DNA of 64,000 nucleotides from Piromyces finnis finn. Its lineage: Eukaryota > Fungi > Neocallimastigomycota. How positions within the stretch are numbered: position 1 is the stretch's first letter; the number at the start of each line of letters is the position of its first letter. The stretch lies in contig MCFH01000012.1 in assembly GCA_002104945.1 (NCBI GenBank), forward strand, positions 124,001 to 188,000, written 5' to 3'. Made by a program: the position numbers and the translations under genes. The notes beneath the pieces are model-generated. The model made no database searches. It saw only the letters and a program-made list of their open reading frames with translations, and was not told the origin of the DNA. Positions 37,146-48,683 of this stretch are shown piece by piece.

Positions 37146-37217
37146 AAACTCTAATCAATAATAAAAAATTTCTTAAGAAAAATTTAAAACAAAATTTTGT
37201 GTATTAAAAATTTTAAT

Positions 37218-40200
37218 ATGTCCCAACAATTCATTTTAGCCAATGACCAACGTCTTCATGGAAAGTCCAACTTTAATACTTGGAGTCTTTTAATCAAGGC
37301 AGCCGCTACTAGACAGGGTCTAACTAGCTACCTTGAACAAGACATAGTTGGAACCATTAAAGACAACAACTTTGAGATAAACCTTAATCTCAAAGATGAA
37401 TATAATATGGCTATTATGAGGATTATTGCTGAAGCCGCGGACTACCGTCCTAACAGCAATCTTGCGTCTGTTTATAAAACCCTCATTAAGACTACGGGGG
37501 AGGACGCCAATACAAGCAGCAACATTAATAACAATGTTGTAGCCGCCAATAAATTGGCAAACTTGTCAATTTATAAGGCCGAGATTATATCAGCGGCTGA
37601 AAAGCTAAATGCTGATACTTACCTTATGATCATTCAAAATGTGGATGAGAAGATCCTCAGAGAGATTGGTCATAGTTCCAATAGTTACCAAGTATTCAAA
37701 AAGTTGAATACAAAATACGGTAACGCCAATGCAGACATTGAATACTGGCTAAAGAAGTTAAGAAAATTACATACAGAAGATGTAAGCAAAGTCAGTAAAA
37801 CAATCGATAAAATCAAGAAAATCTTCCTTGAGATGTCTGAATTAAAAATGTCCTTAAGTGAAAGGGAAAAACTAAAATATATGTACAATTCCCTTCCAAG
37901 AAGTGTCAAGAACCAAGTAAGTGTAACCTTAGATGAAACTTATGATCAGCTCTATGAGAAGGTCAAAAGTTATATCAACGCCAAATCCTACTTCGAAGAT
38001 TGGACCAACAACGACCAAGATGAAGATGACGAAGTTGATGATCCAATGGATGTTGATTTTGTTAGTAGAGAAAACAAATCAACAAAGAATAAAAGCTACG
38101 GTAATAGAAGAAATATAAACAGAAGCCACCGTACCTACTGCCATATCTGTTGTGAACATGGACACTCTACCGAAATGTGTGAATACAACCAAAAGGCCAA
38201 AATGGAAAGGGACCAAAGAAAAAACAACAACAGGGCCTTTAACCAAAGTAAACAAAAGAGAAATTCACAACAAGGGAGGCAAGTTCACAAGAAAAAACAA
38301 CAAAAGAAATTCGAACAAGAAGTAGATTTCGTCGAAGACTATGACGATAATGAAAATTATGGAATTAACGTAGAATTCGAAGATATCAGACCTCTGACAG
38401 AAAGAAATATCTACCTAATTGAAAAGGATGAAGTTACAGAGGAAGACACTCCTAACACAAAGGATATAGATTATGTGTATGGAGAAAATAAATACGACGA
38501 ATGGTTCTATGATACTGGTGCCGCCGAACATATCGTTAATAATAAGGACATTCTAGAGAACTTCACAGAAGAGCACATTCAACTTAGATGTGCAAATGGA
38601 ACTACATGTGAATTTAGTGGTTATGGTTCATATGAGTTTAAGGTAAAAGACAAAACTTACAAGTTAGAAAAAGTTTTGTACTCAGACAAAGTTAGCAAGA
38701 ATTTAATTAGTGGTGTAGGACTTGCTAAAGTTGGTTTAAGAAGCATTATAGATATTACTGATGATGGAAAAGTCAGGCTTATTTTCAAGGACTCTGAAAA
38801 TAAAAATATAATGCAAACGTATTCAAATGAATTAAACCAATTTAAAATTAAGCTCATAAACATTGATAAAAAGATAAATGAACCATTTATTGCAAATTTT
38901 GAAGATGATTTAGGTATATGGCATAAGAGATTAGGTCATTTCTACCAGAAGGATCTGAAGAAATACCTAAAACAACATAAAATTAAAGTAACTCCTTGCC
39001 TAGACTGTAAAATATCTAAAATGAAGAAGTCTCCACATAACAAAACTGTACCCAAAGCCGGAAGAGTTCTAGAGACTATTCACTCCGATATTTCAGGCCC
39101 GTTTAATTCATCCGTCAATAATAAGAAGTATTTTATGACTATGCTGGATGAATACTCAAGAAAACTCTGGATTTATACTCTCAAGTCAAGGTCTGAGGCA
39201 CCGGACATTATTATTGAATTCCTAAAGAATGCCAATAATACTTTTGACAAATATAAAGTCAAAGCATTCAAGACAGATGGTGCAAAAGAGTATAATAGTA
39301 GTAAAGTTATAAAATATTGTAAGGAAAACGGTATATCTAAGATAAATTCACCTCCTTACATACATGAATTAAATGGTAAAGCAGAAAGAATAAACCAAAC
39401 AATTCAAAATTCTGCTAAAACGCTTTTATATTGGGCTAAATTATCTGAAGACTTTTGGAGTTTTGCTGTTAAATATTCTTGTTATATTTACAACAATATG
39501 GACGAGGACCCAGCTTATGAAAATACCAAATATAAAGACGAAGAGATAACTACCAAAGAAAAAGAAGAAACTAATATAAGGACTAATATTAATTCCAAAA
39601 TTGAAGAAAATTCAAAAAACAATTTAAACAGTAATTTAAAAAGCGACACTCAAACCAATAACAAAAATAATAATTCAAATTCGAAATTTAATAAAAATAA
39701 ATTTACAAATGACATTTTAAAAGTTTTAGAAGAAATTGCAAATGACAATTGCAATTTCGAAAAGAAAAATTACAAAATTTCTAATAATATTGACGAAAAT
39801 AATAAATACCATTATCCTGTAACTCCTGGTCCTGATTACGTTTGTTATGGTAATACTCTTGCCGACAAAAACAAAAATGAAATCATTAAAAATCCTGAAT
39901 ATTATAAAAATTCTCCTATTGAATATTCTACCACCGAAAATATTTCCTATACCAAAAATACTGGTGAAAATACTACTGAATATCCTAATACTGATCATAG
40001 TGAAAAAAATTTTATTAATAAAAATTTTTCAAAAATTCAAATTAAAAATGAAGACATTCTATTGGATGATAAACCAAATAATCCACGTCATAATTCTAGC
40101 AAAAATTCTAACGTTACACAGAATAATTCTACCTACTCTGATAATATTCACATTAATGATACTAAAAATTTAAATTCAAAAATTTCTGATTCTCCTGATA

Positions 40201-41942
40201 TGACACGTGATTCCCATTCTTATATTTCAGATGACAATAAATCTATGGATGATCCTGATCCAAACTTGGAAGATGAAAATGATATCATGGATGATATCAT
40301 GGCCGATAAATCTGATGATTCCTACCATCCTGAAAGAAAAAGGCCTTGCAGTCCTACCTCTCTGAATAATTCCAGTACTCCTAAGAAGCACAAAAACAAA
40401 TTTATAGCTACCGTTTTTACTGATGCTCCCACTACGTACAAAGAAGCTTTGTCTTGTACGAATTCTAAATATTGGAAAGCAGCCATTCAAGATGAATTAA
40501 ATAATTTATATTCTAACAAAATTATGTCCCTGGTTAAAAATATCCCAAAAAACAAGAATATTATATCTACCAAATGGGTTTTTGCTGTTAAAAGGGACAG
40601 CAATAATAATATTGTACGTTTTAAAGCTAGACTTGTCGCTAGAGGTTTCCGTCAAAAACAAGGTATTGATTTTGACTTAACCTATTCCCCTACATTAAAT
40701 ATTGACAGTCTAAAATTTATTATTGCTATTGCTGCAAAATTTAAGTGGGATATATATCAGCTTGATATAAAAGCTGCCTACCTCAATGCTCCATTGGATA
40801 CAGATATTTATACCACAATTCCGCTTGGAGATAGCAACTTTGGGGGAGGATACTGGAAGCTGAATAAAGCTCTCTATGGTTTAAAACAATCAGGAAGACA
40901 ATGGAATAAAACAATAGATAAATTCCTGAAAAATAATAACTTTAAACCATTAAAATCCGAACCATGTATTTATACGTTAAAAGAAAATAAATACGTAAAA
41001 TGTATAATTGGTCTATATGTAGACGACATGGTTATAATTGGAAAAACAAATACAATAGAGAGAGTAATAAGCAAAATTAAAAGTAGATTTAAAATATCAA
41101 ATAGCGGCCCTATTAGTTACATTCTAGGAATAAAGATTGAAAAGAAAGGATCCAAATACATTATTTCCCAAGAGAATTACATTAATAATGTATTACAAAG
41201 ATTTCATATGGAAAACGTACGTAGAAGAAATACGCCATGTACAACAACCGACAAGAACACCTCAAATAATAACCAATTTGATAAAACAAAATATAAAAGT
41301 GCAATAGGTGCATTAATATATCTGTCAAAATGTACAAGACCGGATATAGCGTTTGCAGTAAACAAAGCTGCAAGAAAATCTGAAAATCCAACAGTATCTG
41401 ACTGGAATACAATTGTAAATATTTTCAGATACATATCTACTACCAAACATTACAAAATCGAATACAGTGGAGAAGGAAAAATACAAGGATACACTGATTC
41501 GGACTACGGAGGCGCAGAAGACTTTAAATCTACCTCTGGAGGGATAATCCTAATGGGAAATAGCCCAATATGCTGGTTATCCAAGAAACAAACTTGTGTG
41601 GCAACATCTACCGCTGAGGCTGAGTACATTAGTACGTCCATGAATACGAAGAAAATCTTATGGATCAAAAACATGGTGGACGAAATTTTTAATTACAACA
41701 AAAATATAACTTTATTCACCGACAACAAAGCAAGCAAGAAAATAATAGAAAACGGTGAAATAAACACAAAGTTAAAACACATAAATATACACTACCACTT
41801 CATTATTGACAACATAGAAAAGAACAATATAAAAATCGAATATGTAAATACTAAAGAAATGTTAGCTGACCCTCTAACTAAAGATCTACCTGGTCCAAGA
41901 ATGTTTGATTATACAAATAAGATATTCTTAAAGAAAATCTAA
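37218..41942 (+). CDS. Copia gag-pol polyprotein (about 1574 aa from first ATG)
   Basis: Knuckle CHICCEHGHSTEMC, WFYDTGAAEH, HKRLGH..C..C, HSDISGP..KTDGAKEY..NGKAER, KARLVARGF, YVDDM, YTDSDY..STAEAEY..ADPLTK; order PR-IN-RT-RH. Confidence 0.97.
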   Translation: MSQQFILANDQRLHGKSNFNTWSLLIKAAATRQGLTSYLEQDIVGTIKDNNFEINLNLKDEYNMAIMRIIAEAADYRPNSNLASVYKTLIKTTGEDANTSSNINNNVVAANKLANLSIYKAEIISAAEKLNADTYLMIIQNVDEKILREIGHSSNSYQVFKKLNTKYGNANADIEYWLKKLRKLHTEDVSKVSKTIDKIKKIFLEMSELKMSLSEREKLKYMYNSLPRSVKNQVSVTLDETYDQLYEKVKSYINAKSYFEDWTNNDQDEDDEVDDPMDVDFVSRENKSTKNKSYGNRRNINRSHRTYCHICCEHGHSTEMCEYNQKAKMERDQRKNNNRAFNQSKQKRNSQQGRQVHKKKQQKKFEQEVDFVEDYDDNENYGINVEFEDIRPLTERNIYLIEKDEVTEEDTPNTKDIDYVYGENKYDEWFYDTGAAEHIVNNKDILENFTEEHIQLRCANGTTCEFSGYGSYEFKVKDKTYKLEKVLYSDKVSKNLISGVGLAKVGLRSIIDITDDGKVRLIFKDSENKNIMQTYSNELNQFKIKLINIDKKINEPFIANFEDDLGIWHKRLGHFYQKDLKKYLKQHKIKVTPCLDCKISKMKKSPHNKTVPKAGRVLETIHSDISGPFNSSVNNKKYFMTMLDEYSRKLWIYTLKSRSEAPDIIIEFLKNANNTFDKYKVKAFKTDGAKEYNSSKVIKYCKENGISKINSPPYIHELNGKAERINQTIQNSAKTLLYWAKLSEDFWSFAVKYSCYIYNNMDEDPAYENTKYKDEEITTKEKEETNIRTNINSKIEENSKNNLNSNLKSDTQTNNKNNNSNSKFNKNKFTNDILKVLEEIANDNCNFEKKNYKISNNIDENNKYHYPVTPGPDYVCYGNTLADKNKNEIIKNPEYYKNSPIEYSTTENISYTKNTGENTTEYPNTDHSEKNFINKNFSKIQIKNEDILLDDKPNNPRHNSSKNSNVTQNNSTYSDNIHINDTKNLNSKISDSPDMTRDSHSYISDDNKSMDDPDPNLEDENDIMDDIMADKSDDSYHPERKRPCSPTSLNNSSTPKKHKNKFIATVFTDAPTTYKEALSCTNSKYWKAAIQDELNNLYSNKIMSLVKNIPKNKNIISTKWVFAVKRDSNNNIVRFKARLVARGFRQKQGIDFDLTYSPTLNIDSLKFIIAIAAKFKWDIYQLDIKAAYLNAPLDTDIYTTIPLGDSNFGGGYWKLNKALYGLKQSGRQWNKTIDKFLKNNNFKPLKSEPCIYTLKENKYVKCIIGLYVDDMVIIGKTNTIERVISKIKSRFKISNSGPISYILGIKIEKKGSKYIISQENYINNVLQRFHMENVRRRNTPCTTTDKNTSNNNQFDKTKYKSAIGALIYLSKCTRPDIAFAVNKAARKSENPTVSDWNTIVNIFRYISTTKHYKIEYSGEGKIQGYTDSDYGGAEDFKSTSGGIILMGNSPICWLSKKQTCVATSTAEAEYISTSMNTKKILWIKNMVDEIFNYNKNITLFTDNKASKKIIENGEINTKLKHINIHYHFIIDNIEKNNIKIEYVNTKEMLADPLTKDLPGPRMFDYTNKIFLKKI

Positions 41943-42706
41943 TTTGAGGGGGAGTGTGAACATTTATGGACACATAATTTTATTTATCTATATCATATAT
42001 TTATTACACACGTGACTATTTTATAAAAACATAAACATGTATTAAAAGTGTTGTAAACGTAATGTCTACGTGTTGTAGAGAAAGTTATTTTTTATTTATT
42101 TTATTTTATTTTTTTATGGTCACATGACCTTACATCTCATTATATAACTGTAATATTTACAATGTAACTTTTTCTCTTTGTTAACCTTATTAATAAAATT
42201 ATTTATTAATTAAATTTATTTTACAATAATAATAATGATGATTAAAATAAGAATATTTACATGTATTTATATTTTCTTTTAAATTTAAACTATTTACATT
42301 AAAACAATAAAATTAATAACTATTTACAATAAAAGTAATTAGAAATAACAATAAAAGAAATAATTAAAAGTTAAAGAATATAAAAAGTTGTTTATTTTAC
42401 AATTAATTAAAGTAATAATTATTTTTAATGTTTTAATAAAGGTGTTTAATTATATTATTTTATAACATGAATTATTATATTTGTTTACTTTTAAAGTGTA
42501 ATTTACTAACGAAGTTATTAAATATTTAATTTAACAATTAATTTAACAAGAGTTATATATTTTGATCTCGATTAATTAAAGTTTATTATTTTCTTTCAAT
42601 AATCAAAATATATGCAGTGTTTAGGATTAATTTTATTTAAGAATTTTGGTAAAGTACTTAATTAAACTATAACTTGTTTTAAGTTACTTTTAGGGTTAAC
42701 TTAAAA

Positions 42707-43835
42707 TGTCACGAATACTAGTGAAAATACAATTTCAAGATCACTTGGAATTGTGAAATCACTTATGAAATTTCAAAATCAACAAATATTTTATTTTCAA
42801 ATAAATTATAAAATTTTATTAAGAAATATTTAAAAATTTAGAAAAGGTTAAAATATGACCTTAACCCTTAATAATTTTTATAATAAATAACTTTAACCCT
42901 TATCGTTAAAATGGAATAAGGAAAAACACGCGTATCTCCTCAACGAATGACGATTTTTGAATAAAAATGTTTTGGTTATAATTACGTTCGTTAGAAAGCC
43001 ACGCTCGAGACAAACAACATATCTTAAAATCAGGTTAATATCTCTGCTGGTTCACGAGATATTCCAATTTAAAGATATTTTGTTAGCAATGATTAATTGT
43101 TTATTCAGAGAATGATCACCCCTGATATATCAAACATAAATCATTCACTCAAAGTATAAAAATTATTGTTTAATTAAATTAAAATTATTTTCCGGAACTA
43201 ATTAACTTTATTTTATAATAATTATTTCAATAACATAATTTATAATCTTTGAACTAGAGGATTATAATTATTAATATTATATTCAATGAATTATATTATA
43301 ATTAAGAAATAATTAATATTATGAATATTATAAACAATAGTTATTTTTTAATAATTAAGAATAAGTCTTAAGTTTAGTTTAAGTATTATAAAATATATTA
43401 TGAATATAATCATGTATTGAAAAGTTATTTTATTATTAAATGTAAAATTACAAATAGTATAAATAGTTTAGAATAGTTTATGAAATTAAAATCTTTGTAA
43501 AGATTATTAACCAAAAATTATTAACCATAAATTATTAAATTATTAACTATAAATTATTAACTAAAGATTATTAACTATAAATTATTAACTATTAATAATA
43601 ATTAATACTTAATGAGTATTACTACTAAATAATCTTATTATTATATATTTTAGCAATATATCATTAAATAAAATAAAAGAAATTATTTTAACCATAATAT
43701 ATAATTTAATTATTCATTTATAAATCAATTAAGATTATTTTAATAAAACATTTTTTTTCTAACCTAGTTATCTTTTAACCTTTTATTTAATTTAATATTT
43801 TAATATTAAATTATAAGTTTAGTAAAACTTTTACA
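42707..43835. mobile_element. Solo LTR D1 (1129 bp) in the 5' LTR of C
   Basis: TGTCAC...TTTACA; TSD TAAAA (42702-42706, 43836-43840). Confidence 0.9.
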
Positions 43836-44627
43836 TAAAAATCAGGTTTAATAATAATTTTATATTTATTAATTTCATTATTTATCATTGTGTTACGGTT
43901 CGAGGAATTTACTTTTATTTATAAAATATTAATAAATTTATTAATACTCAAAAATAATATTAAAATGAAATAAGAAAAATTGTTTTATTAATAAAATTGT
44001 TTTATTAAGATATTAATATAAAATTATAAAATAAAAAAAATAAAAATAAAAATAAAAATATCTGTATATTCTCTAATTCTTATAATATACACCTTTTTAT
44101 ACTTTTTGTAAAAAATTAAGTAGTGTTAATTAAAAGAATTAGTCTTTAATTATTTACATTAATTTTAGTATTTAAATTACTTTTAAATGAATAATAAAAT
44201 TACATTACTATTATAATAAATATTTATACATATTATTAAATTGATTAACATACATTAAAAGTTTACTTTAAATATATTTAACTAAAGAATTTTACTATTT
44301 TACAGAAATATTATTCATAATTTTAATTAATAAAAATTCATTAACTTGATAAATTAAACTAAAAGTTCAATAAACTATAATTTTCAATATATTATTATTA
44401 CGAAATTAATTTTTAAGTTTAATAAAATAAAATTTAAGTTCAATAAAAATAATTATTAATAATTTTAAATATAATTTAAGTGTATACATTAATTTACAAA
44501 TAAGAATATTGTAAAGTTTTCATACATTTAGGAACAATAATGAATGGATTAGGTCATAATCATTAATTATGACAAGAATAACATTATTTGTTGGTTCCTT
44601 AACAAGTGCCCCCACGAAGACTCTTGC

Positions 44628-47600
44628 TTACGCAAAAGCAGAGTTAAACTTTACAATGTTCTTAAGATGAACATTTCGGTTCATCTGAATTCCAGTGGAT
44701 ATATCAGCTAAAGTAACCGTATTGAATTGTTTCTTGACAACTTTGAGTGGTCCAACGAAATAAGGCTCTAACTTCGTTCGATTAAAATTTCTAACTAATA
44801 CTAGATCACCGATATGGATATTTTTGCCCTTAGTCATACTTTGTTTTTCTTCCCTTCTAGTAGCCCAGTATTTATTCGCATTTTTAATATTTTCACAAGC
44901 TTCCAACGTCCACCTGTAATGATTAATAAACTTCTCAAGTAAGATTTCATCCGAAGACTGATTAATACCCTTAGTAGGTCTGGCGGCAATATCAAAGGGT
45001 TGCTGATCTTCTCTTCCATAAACCAATTCAAAACTAGAATGGTTTGTGACAGTATTTTTAGTAGTTCTGAGCGCCCAAAGAGCAGAAGGCAAAATTTCAT
45101 CCCAATCCTTGTTTTCTTTTCCAAGCAGTCTTAGAAGCTTTCCAATTTCTTTGTTTCTATTTTCAGTCAAACCATTACTTTCAGGATGATAAGTTGAGAC
45201 AAACTTGACATAGACATCATATAAGTCCAGGAAAACTTTGGTCATATCTGAGGTAAATTGGACACCGTTATCGGTTGTAATGACTTGTGGTACTCCATGC
45301 CGAGAGAAAACATTGATTAAAAATTTTATGACATCCTTTGAAGTGATATTTTCGGTGGGTTCTGCTTCGACCCATTTTGTAAAATGATCCACTGCAACTA
45401 TAATATATTGGTTATTGTTACGAGTTTTTACCAATGGACCAATGATATCTAAACCCAGATGAGTGAAGGGAGCTTCAACCTCAGTTGGAAGATTTTCCGT
45501 AGGTTCTGGATATGGTTGAGGGCGATTAAGTTGGCATTTTTCACATTTGGCTACAACTCTTCGAATATCATTAACCATGTCGTTCCAATAATAGCTTTTT
45601 CTCAGACGTTGATAAGTTTTATAATATCCTTCATGTCCAATGTTATGAGCTTCCAAAATCAATTTCAGTTTTTCATTGGTTTCCGTGATCAGTTTTCGAT
45701 AATTCCTTCCATCAATAAAGTAATCTACCCCATCTATTTTGGTGAACTTTTCTTCAACAAATTCTTTAATTACCTTAGATAGCATGGTTTCTTCTATACC
45801 TTTATTAATTTTAGTAGCTAACACTTCCTTATCTTTGTCATTTCTCATTCGAGACAGTGCATCTGCTACAACATTCTTTTTACCTTGTTCATAACGAATA
45901 TCAACTCCTAGCATACTAGCTGTTAAACACCATCTTGTTTGTCTTGCATTGTTTGGCTCCTTATTTTTAAATAATCCAATTAATGGTTTATGATCAGTAT
46001 AGACGATAGTCTTGAATGGACTTCCCATTATATAAGGCTTTAATTTAGTAATGCAGTAAAATAAGGCAGTCCCTTCCAAGTCAGTAATTCCATAATTTTT
46101 TTCTGCTTTCGTCAGACTTCGGCTAATATAATGAATTGGATGTTCAATATCGGTACCTTCCTTTTGTAATAATACTCCTCCGATTCCTTCATACGATGCA
46201 TCTGTTCGGATTATAAATTCTTTCTCAAAATCAGGGAATTTCAGAATAGGCGCATTAATTAACTTTTCTTTCAATATAATAAAACTCTCTTGTTGTTCAT
46301 TACACCATTTGAAAGGAACACCTTTTCTAAGCAACTTACACAAGGGAGCAGTAAGTTTAGCATAATTAGGAATAAAATCTCTATAATATCCAATTGAACC
46401 TAAAAATGATCTTAATTCATGGATATTCGAAGGAGGTTTCCAATTTTTTATAGCTTGGATTTTGTTATCTAATGGTTTAAGACCCTCTGTAGTTAAACGA
46501 TGGCCTAACACGTCAACTTCAGTTTGCATAAAATGACATTTTTCAATATTGATTTTTAGTTTGTTTTCCCGGAAAATTGCTAAAACTTGATTTATATGTT
46601 CAATATGTTCTTCAATACTCTTTGAATAGATCAGAATATCATCAATGAAGTTATAAACACACTTTCCAATTAACGGAAACAGAATCCGATTCATCTCCCT
46701 CTGAAATGTAGCGGGTGCTCCAGTGAGACCAAAAGGCATAACCTTGAATTGGTAATTTCCAAACTTAGTTGTAAAACTTGTCAATTCAACGCTTTCTTCA
46801 TCCATAAGGATTTGATGATAGCCGGAATATAAGTCCATAGTAGTGAATATAGTTGCACCATGTAAACTATCAAATATCTCATCTATAAAAGGAATTGAAT
46901 AGGCATCCTTTTCAGACAAATCATTAACTCTTCGATAGTCCACGCACATTCTCCATTTCCCATTATGCTTCGGGACCAAAACCACCGGAGAAGACCATTC
47001 CGAGTACGATGGCTCAATTAGCTTTTTATTAATCAATTTAGACAATTCTTCCTTAAGTATATCAGATTTGAACTTGGCTAACCTATATGATCTTTGTTTA
47101 ATTGGCTTTGCTCCTGGCTTTAAATTAATCTTATGGGGAGTTAAATTCGAAGGTGTTAGTTCTTCAGAAGAAGTAGCAATAATTTCAATATTCTCTTCCA
47201 ATATCCGAACAATTTGTTCTCGATACTTTTCATTAAGAGTCTCAGTAAAATTTTTATTGTGAATATATTCTGAAGGTGGTAAACCTTCAATATTTTTCAA
47301 ATCACTTTTAAAATCTTCATCACCGACTCTACGTATCATACACATAATCTTTTCTTCATCATCATATTTGTTATTAATTGGAGCAATATCTTCAATAAAT
47401 CCATTTGAATTAAATCTGCAAAGACTATAGCGAAGTGGGTGGATAAATAAGTTGTTATCCATTTGGGTTTTCAAATTAATTAACATATCATAAAAGGGGT
47501 CTTCTTTATCCACCACTCTAAAATCAGCAGTGATTGTAAGATCATTTATCTGGACCGGTACTCTAATAATTATGCCTTCCGAATAGTCATCATTTTTAGT

Positions 47601-48683
47601 AGCTAAACGTATTCTTCCACAACTCAATCCAATAGATTCATATTGATGGGGAAGTTTATCTAAATATTTTTTTGTTATAATACTTAAGTTGCTACAGGAA
47701 TCAACTAATAATTTACCTGGTACCCCATCAACCGTTGCATCTACCATAGCGATATCTTCTTCTGATACTTCTTTACTTTTGCTTACATACGAATGATCTA
47801 CATTATTTACTAATACCGAAGTAGCATTAAAATTCTCCAGAGCTCCCACAATTTTTGTGTTGTTCTTTTCCAGTTTAAGACCTTGTGACACTTGCGTTCG
47901 TAACTTTGGAGCCGAGTTAAGTAATTGACCAAAAGTAATATTGCATTTTGTTTCGTTAAGATCTTTAACTACATTATATTCTTCCGTATCTGCTATCATT
48001 TGAATATTTCTAGCAGTTTTCTTAACTTTCGATTCTGCAGGTTTTTCTTTCTTTTGCTCTTTCATTAATTTATTTAGAGTTGAATTAGAAGTAGATTTGG
48101 TTGATTCACTTGCGTTATCTTTCTCTACCACCTTAGCACCTTTCTTATCTGTAATTGCAGATAACATTTCTTCTTCATCATAGTCGATAATAATAGGATC
48201 TTCATTAGAACTTGCCAATTCATTCTTTTCTTCTTCCTTTTGTTCACTACTACTAGCACGCTCTTTATCCCGAAGTTTTCTTTCTTTTAGTTTTTGTTCT
48301 CTGATATTCGGTTGAGCAATAATAGAAGGATGCAGTTGCTTAGGAGAAACATCTATTGGTATATTTTCTAATTCTTGTGCTTTACGTTTCCTAAGAGCAG
48401 GTGTAAGAATAGGTCTAGGATCATTTTTCAAGTTTTTGTGAAGTCGTTTTTCTTTATTATCATCTTGTTCTTTGCTTATTTTATCCAACTTCCTTTTATT
48501 AGCACATACAAAGAACTGTTCATTAATATCAGTATCTTCAAAGTCACTTTCGATTTCTTCATCATATTCTTCTTTCGACCAATCACTCTGGCTTGTTGTT
48601 TCTTCATTTGGCATTGACTGATACTGAGCTGAAGCTATTTTATTGACGATGGGAGTGCTTCTTCTCCCACTTAATGATTTAAA
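44628..48683 (-). CDS. pol: Element E pol (PR-RT-RH-IN), uninterrupted, expressed by -1 frameshift
   Basis: LLVDSCSN, MCVDYRRVN, FIDD, RTDAS, HHCC, GLDIIGP..TDNG..ENRN, GPL; frame open from the slippery site. Confidence 0.95.
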   Translation of the reverse strand, partial: FKSLSGRRSTPIVNKIASAQYQSMPNEETTSQSDWSKEEYDEEIESDFEDTDINEQFFVCANKRKLDKISKEQDDNKEKRLHKNLKNDPRPILTPALRKRKAQELENIPIDVSPKQLHPSIIAQPNIREQKLKERKLRDKERASSSEQKEEEKNELASSNEDPIIIDYDEEEMLSAITDKKGAKVVEKDNASESTKSTSNSTLNKLMKEQKKEKPAESKVKKTARNIQMIADTEEYNVVKDLNETKCNITFGQLLNSAPKLRTQVSQGLKLEKNNTKIVGALENFNATSVLVNNVDHSYVSKSKEVSEEDIAMVDATVDGVPGKLLVDSCSNLSIITKKYLDKLPHQYESIGLSCGRIRLATKNDDYSEGIIIRVPVQINDLTITADFRVVDKEDPFYDMLINLKTQMDNNLFIHPLRYSLCRFNSNGFIEDIAPINNKYDDEEKIMCMIRRVGDEDFKSDLKNIEGLPPSEYIHNKNFTETLNEKYREQIVRILEENIEIIATSSEELTPSNLTPHKINLKPGAKPIKQRSYRLAKFKSDILKEELSKLINKKLIEPSYSEWSSPVVLVPKHNGKWRMCVDYRRVNDLSEKDAYSIPFIDEIFDSLHGATIFTTMDLYSGYHQILMDEESVELTSFTTKFGNYQFKVMPFGLTGAPATFQREMNRILFPLIGKCVYNFIDDILIYSKSIEEHIEHINQVLAIFRENKLKINIEKCHFMQTEVDVLGHRLTTEGLKPLDNKIQAIKNWKPPSNIHELRSFLGSIGYYRDFIPNYAKLTAPLCKLLRKGVPFKWCNEQQESFIILKEKLINAPILKFPDFEKEFIIRTDASYEGIGGVLLQKEGTDIEHPIHYISRSLTKAEKNYGITDLEGTALFYCITKLKPYIMGSPFKTIVYTDHKPLIGLFKNKEPNNARQTRWCLTASMLGVDIRYEQGKKNVVADALSRMRNDKDKEVLATKINKGIEETMLSKVIKEFVEEKFTKIDGVDYFIDGRNYRKLITETNEKLKLILEAHNIGHEGYYKTYQRLRKSYYWNDMVNDIRRVVAKCEKCQLNRPQPYPEPTENLPTEVEAPFTHLGLDIIGPLVKTRNNNQYIIVAVDHFTKWVEAEPTENITSKDVIKFLINVFSRHGVPQVITTDNGVQFTSDMTKVFLDLYDVYVKFVSTYHPESNGLTENRNKEIGKLLRLLGKENKDWDEILPSALWALRTTKNTVTNHSSFELVYGREDQQPFDIAARPTKGINQSSDEILLEKFINHYRWTLEACENIKNANKYWATRREEKQSMTKGKNIHIGDLVLVRNFNRTKLEPYFVGPLKVVKKQFNTVTLADISTGIQMNRNVHLKNIVKFNSAFA
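48650..48683 (-). promoter_or_regulatory. -1 ribosomal frameshift signal of E
   Basis: T TTA AAT, 7-nt spacer, hairpin TGGGAG-AAGAAGCA-CTCCCA. Confidence 0.85.

Larger units (their letters stand above)
36863..42225 (+). mobile_element. Element K: full-length Ty1/copia, very recent, inserted in the 5' LTR of C
   Basis: LTRs 36863-37132 and 41955-42225, identical apart from one T in a homopolymer; TSD ATAAT; PPT GAGGGGGAG 41946-41954. Confidence 0.97.
28181..43887 (-). mobile_element. Element C: full-length Ty3/gypsy without chromodomain, tRNA-Tyr primed, disabled
   Basis: 3' LTR 28181-28993; 5' LTR 36582-36862 + 42231-42706 + 43841-43887; 4-bp TSD TTGT; PPT-like AAAAGGCCGAGAAAC 28994-29008; long leader. 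Confidence 0.95.
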
